DNA of 64,000 nucleotides from Candidatus Omnitrophota bacterium (GTDB lineage Bacteria; Omnitrophota; Gorgyraeia; Zapsychrales; Zapsychraceae): NCBI GenBank assembly GCA_029261055.1, contig JAJDCA010000068.1, positions 69,275 to 133,274 of the forward strand, read 5' to 3'. Shown piece by piece: positions 63,693 to 64,000 of this stretch (position 1 is its first letter; each line of letters starts with the position of its first letter). The notes under the pieces were generated by a model. It saw only the letters and a program-made list of their open reading frames with translations, ran no database searches and was not told where the DNA came from. The position numbers and the translations under genes were made by a program.

Positions 63693-64000
63693 TTAATTTT
63701 TTGCTAAGCACTCAAACCAATCTTTGGTTGCATCATGAATGGTTTCCGGTGTCCATACGGGAGCTTCTCTCCAATAATCAATATGCTCTAAAATCTTTTC
63801 TACACCATTCTCAAAAGAAATTTGAGATTGCCATCCAAGCTTAGATTTAATCTTGCTAACATCAGCCCATGTACAATCCGGTTCTCCCGGCCTTTTAGGA
63901 ATGTATGTCTTTTCGCCCCCTAAAAGCTCAATCAACCTATTAACACTTTGTGGCTTTCCTGTACCTACATTAAATACCTCATTTTCAACACCTGCATAAG
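63693..64000 (-). CDS. NAD-dependent epimerase/dehydratase, C-terminal part only (gene continues beyond the window)
   Basis: The frame is open to position 64000 (track M is an internal TTG). ...FNVGTGKPQSVNRLIELLGG...KIKSKLGWQSQISFENGVEKI is the typical C-terminal substrate-domain region of UDP-sugar epimerase/dehydratase enzymes. Confidence 0.7.
   Translation of the reverse strand, partial: YAGVENEVFNVGTGKPQSVNRLIELLGGEKTYIPKRPGEPDCTWADVSKIKSKLGWQSQISFENGVEKILEHIDYWREAPVWTPETIHDATKDWFECLAKN

Noticed and set aside
63601-63700. Locally GC-rich 46-bp spacer with a CTCAG-G-CTGAG mini-palindrome, considered as a small RNA or terminator
   Set aside because: Arms are only 5 bp, there is no U-tract, and it is most simply the ribosome-binding/5'-UTR region of the bifunctional gene at 62060-63646.
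1-64000. Search for mobile elements, tRNA/rRNA genes, CRISPR repeats, toxin-antitoxin or phage defense genes
   Set aside because: I found no transposase/integrase/recombinase motifs, no direct-repeat arrays, no tRNA-like cloverleaf candidates and no nuclease/ATPase defense signatures. Every large ORF has a sugar-metabolism explanation except the few flagged unknowns.

Overview
The whole 64-kb window is a single AT-rich surface-glycan (LPS O-antigen or capsule type) biosynthesis super-cluster. About 60 genes are packed on the minus strand, and every plus-strand ORF in the track is a short antisense shadow. I see no rRNA, tRNA, CRISPR array, transposase or integrase. The cluster divides into recognisable modules, listed right to left in transcription order: (1) a heptose-like activation set with a reversed-order nucleotidyltransferase/pfkB-kinase fusion, HAD phosphatase and epimerases; (2) two paralogous [APH-like kinase + split transketolase N/C] modules, at 57543-60422 and 42373-45189; (3) a carrier-protein-dependent acylation set: FkbH-like loader, ACP, SDR, methyltransferases, an MBOAT and two membrane-anchored SGNH proteins; (4) paired Zn-ADHs, SDRs and epimerases; (5) tandem paralogous putative glycosyltransferases; (6) DegT aminotransferases, two zinc-ribbon C-methyltransferase-like enzymes, Gfo/Idh/MocA oxidoreductases and an ABC exporter; (7) a pseudaminic-acid-like nonulosonic acid pathway (fused reductase-aminotransferase, NeuD-, PseG-, NeuB- and NeuA-family proteins) with many methyltransferases; (8) a NodU/CmcH carbamoyltransferase followed by an unannotated 53-aa membrane ORF; (9) a KdsB-like CMP-transferase next to an HpcH-family aldolase; (10) a cyclitol-like block: DHQS-like enzyme, BtrN-like radical SAM, Gfo/Idh/MocA, SDRs and a 2-hydroxyacid dehydrogenase. 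The left edge carries a PIG-L deacetylase and a 3'-truncated GT2. Noncoding highlights are a palindrome-plus-terminator leader at 3380-3580 and a GC-rich triple-hairpin element at 7450-7606. The most novel-looking content: the cyclitol-like block, the Dlt-like ACP/MBOAT acylation module, the duplicated kinase-transketolase modules, the second (aldolase-based) CMP-ulosonate route, and an orphan 525-aa protein.
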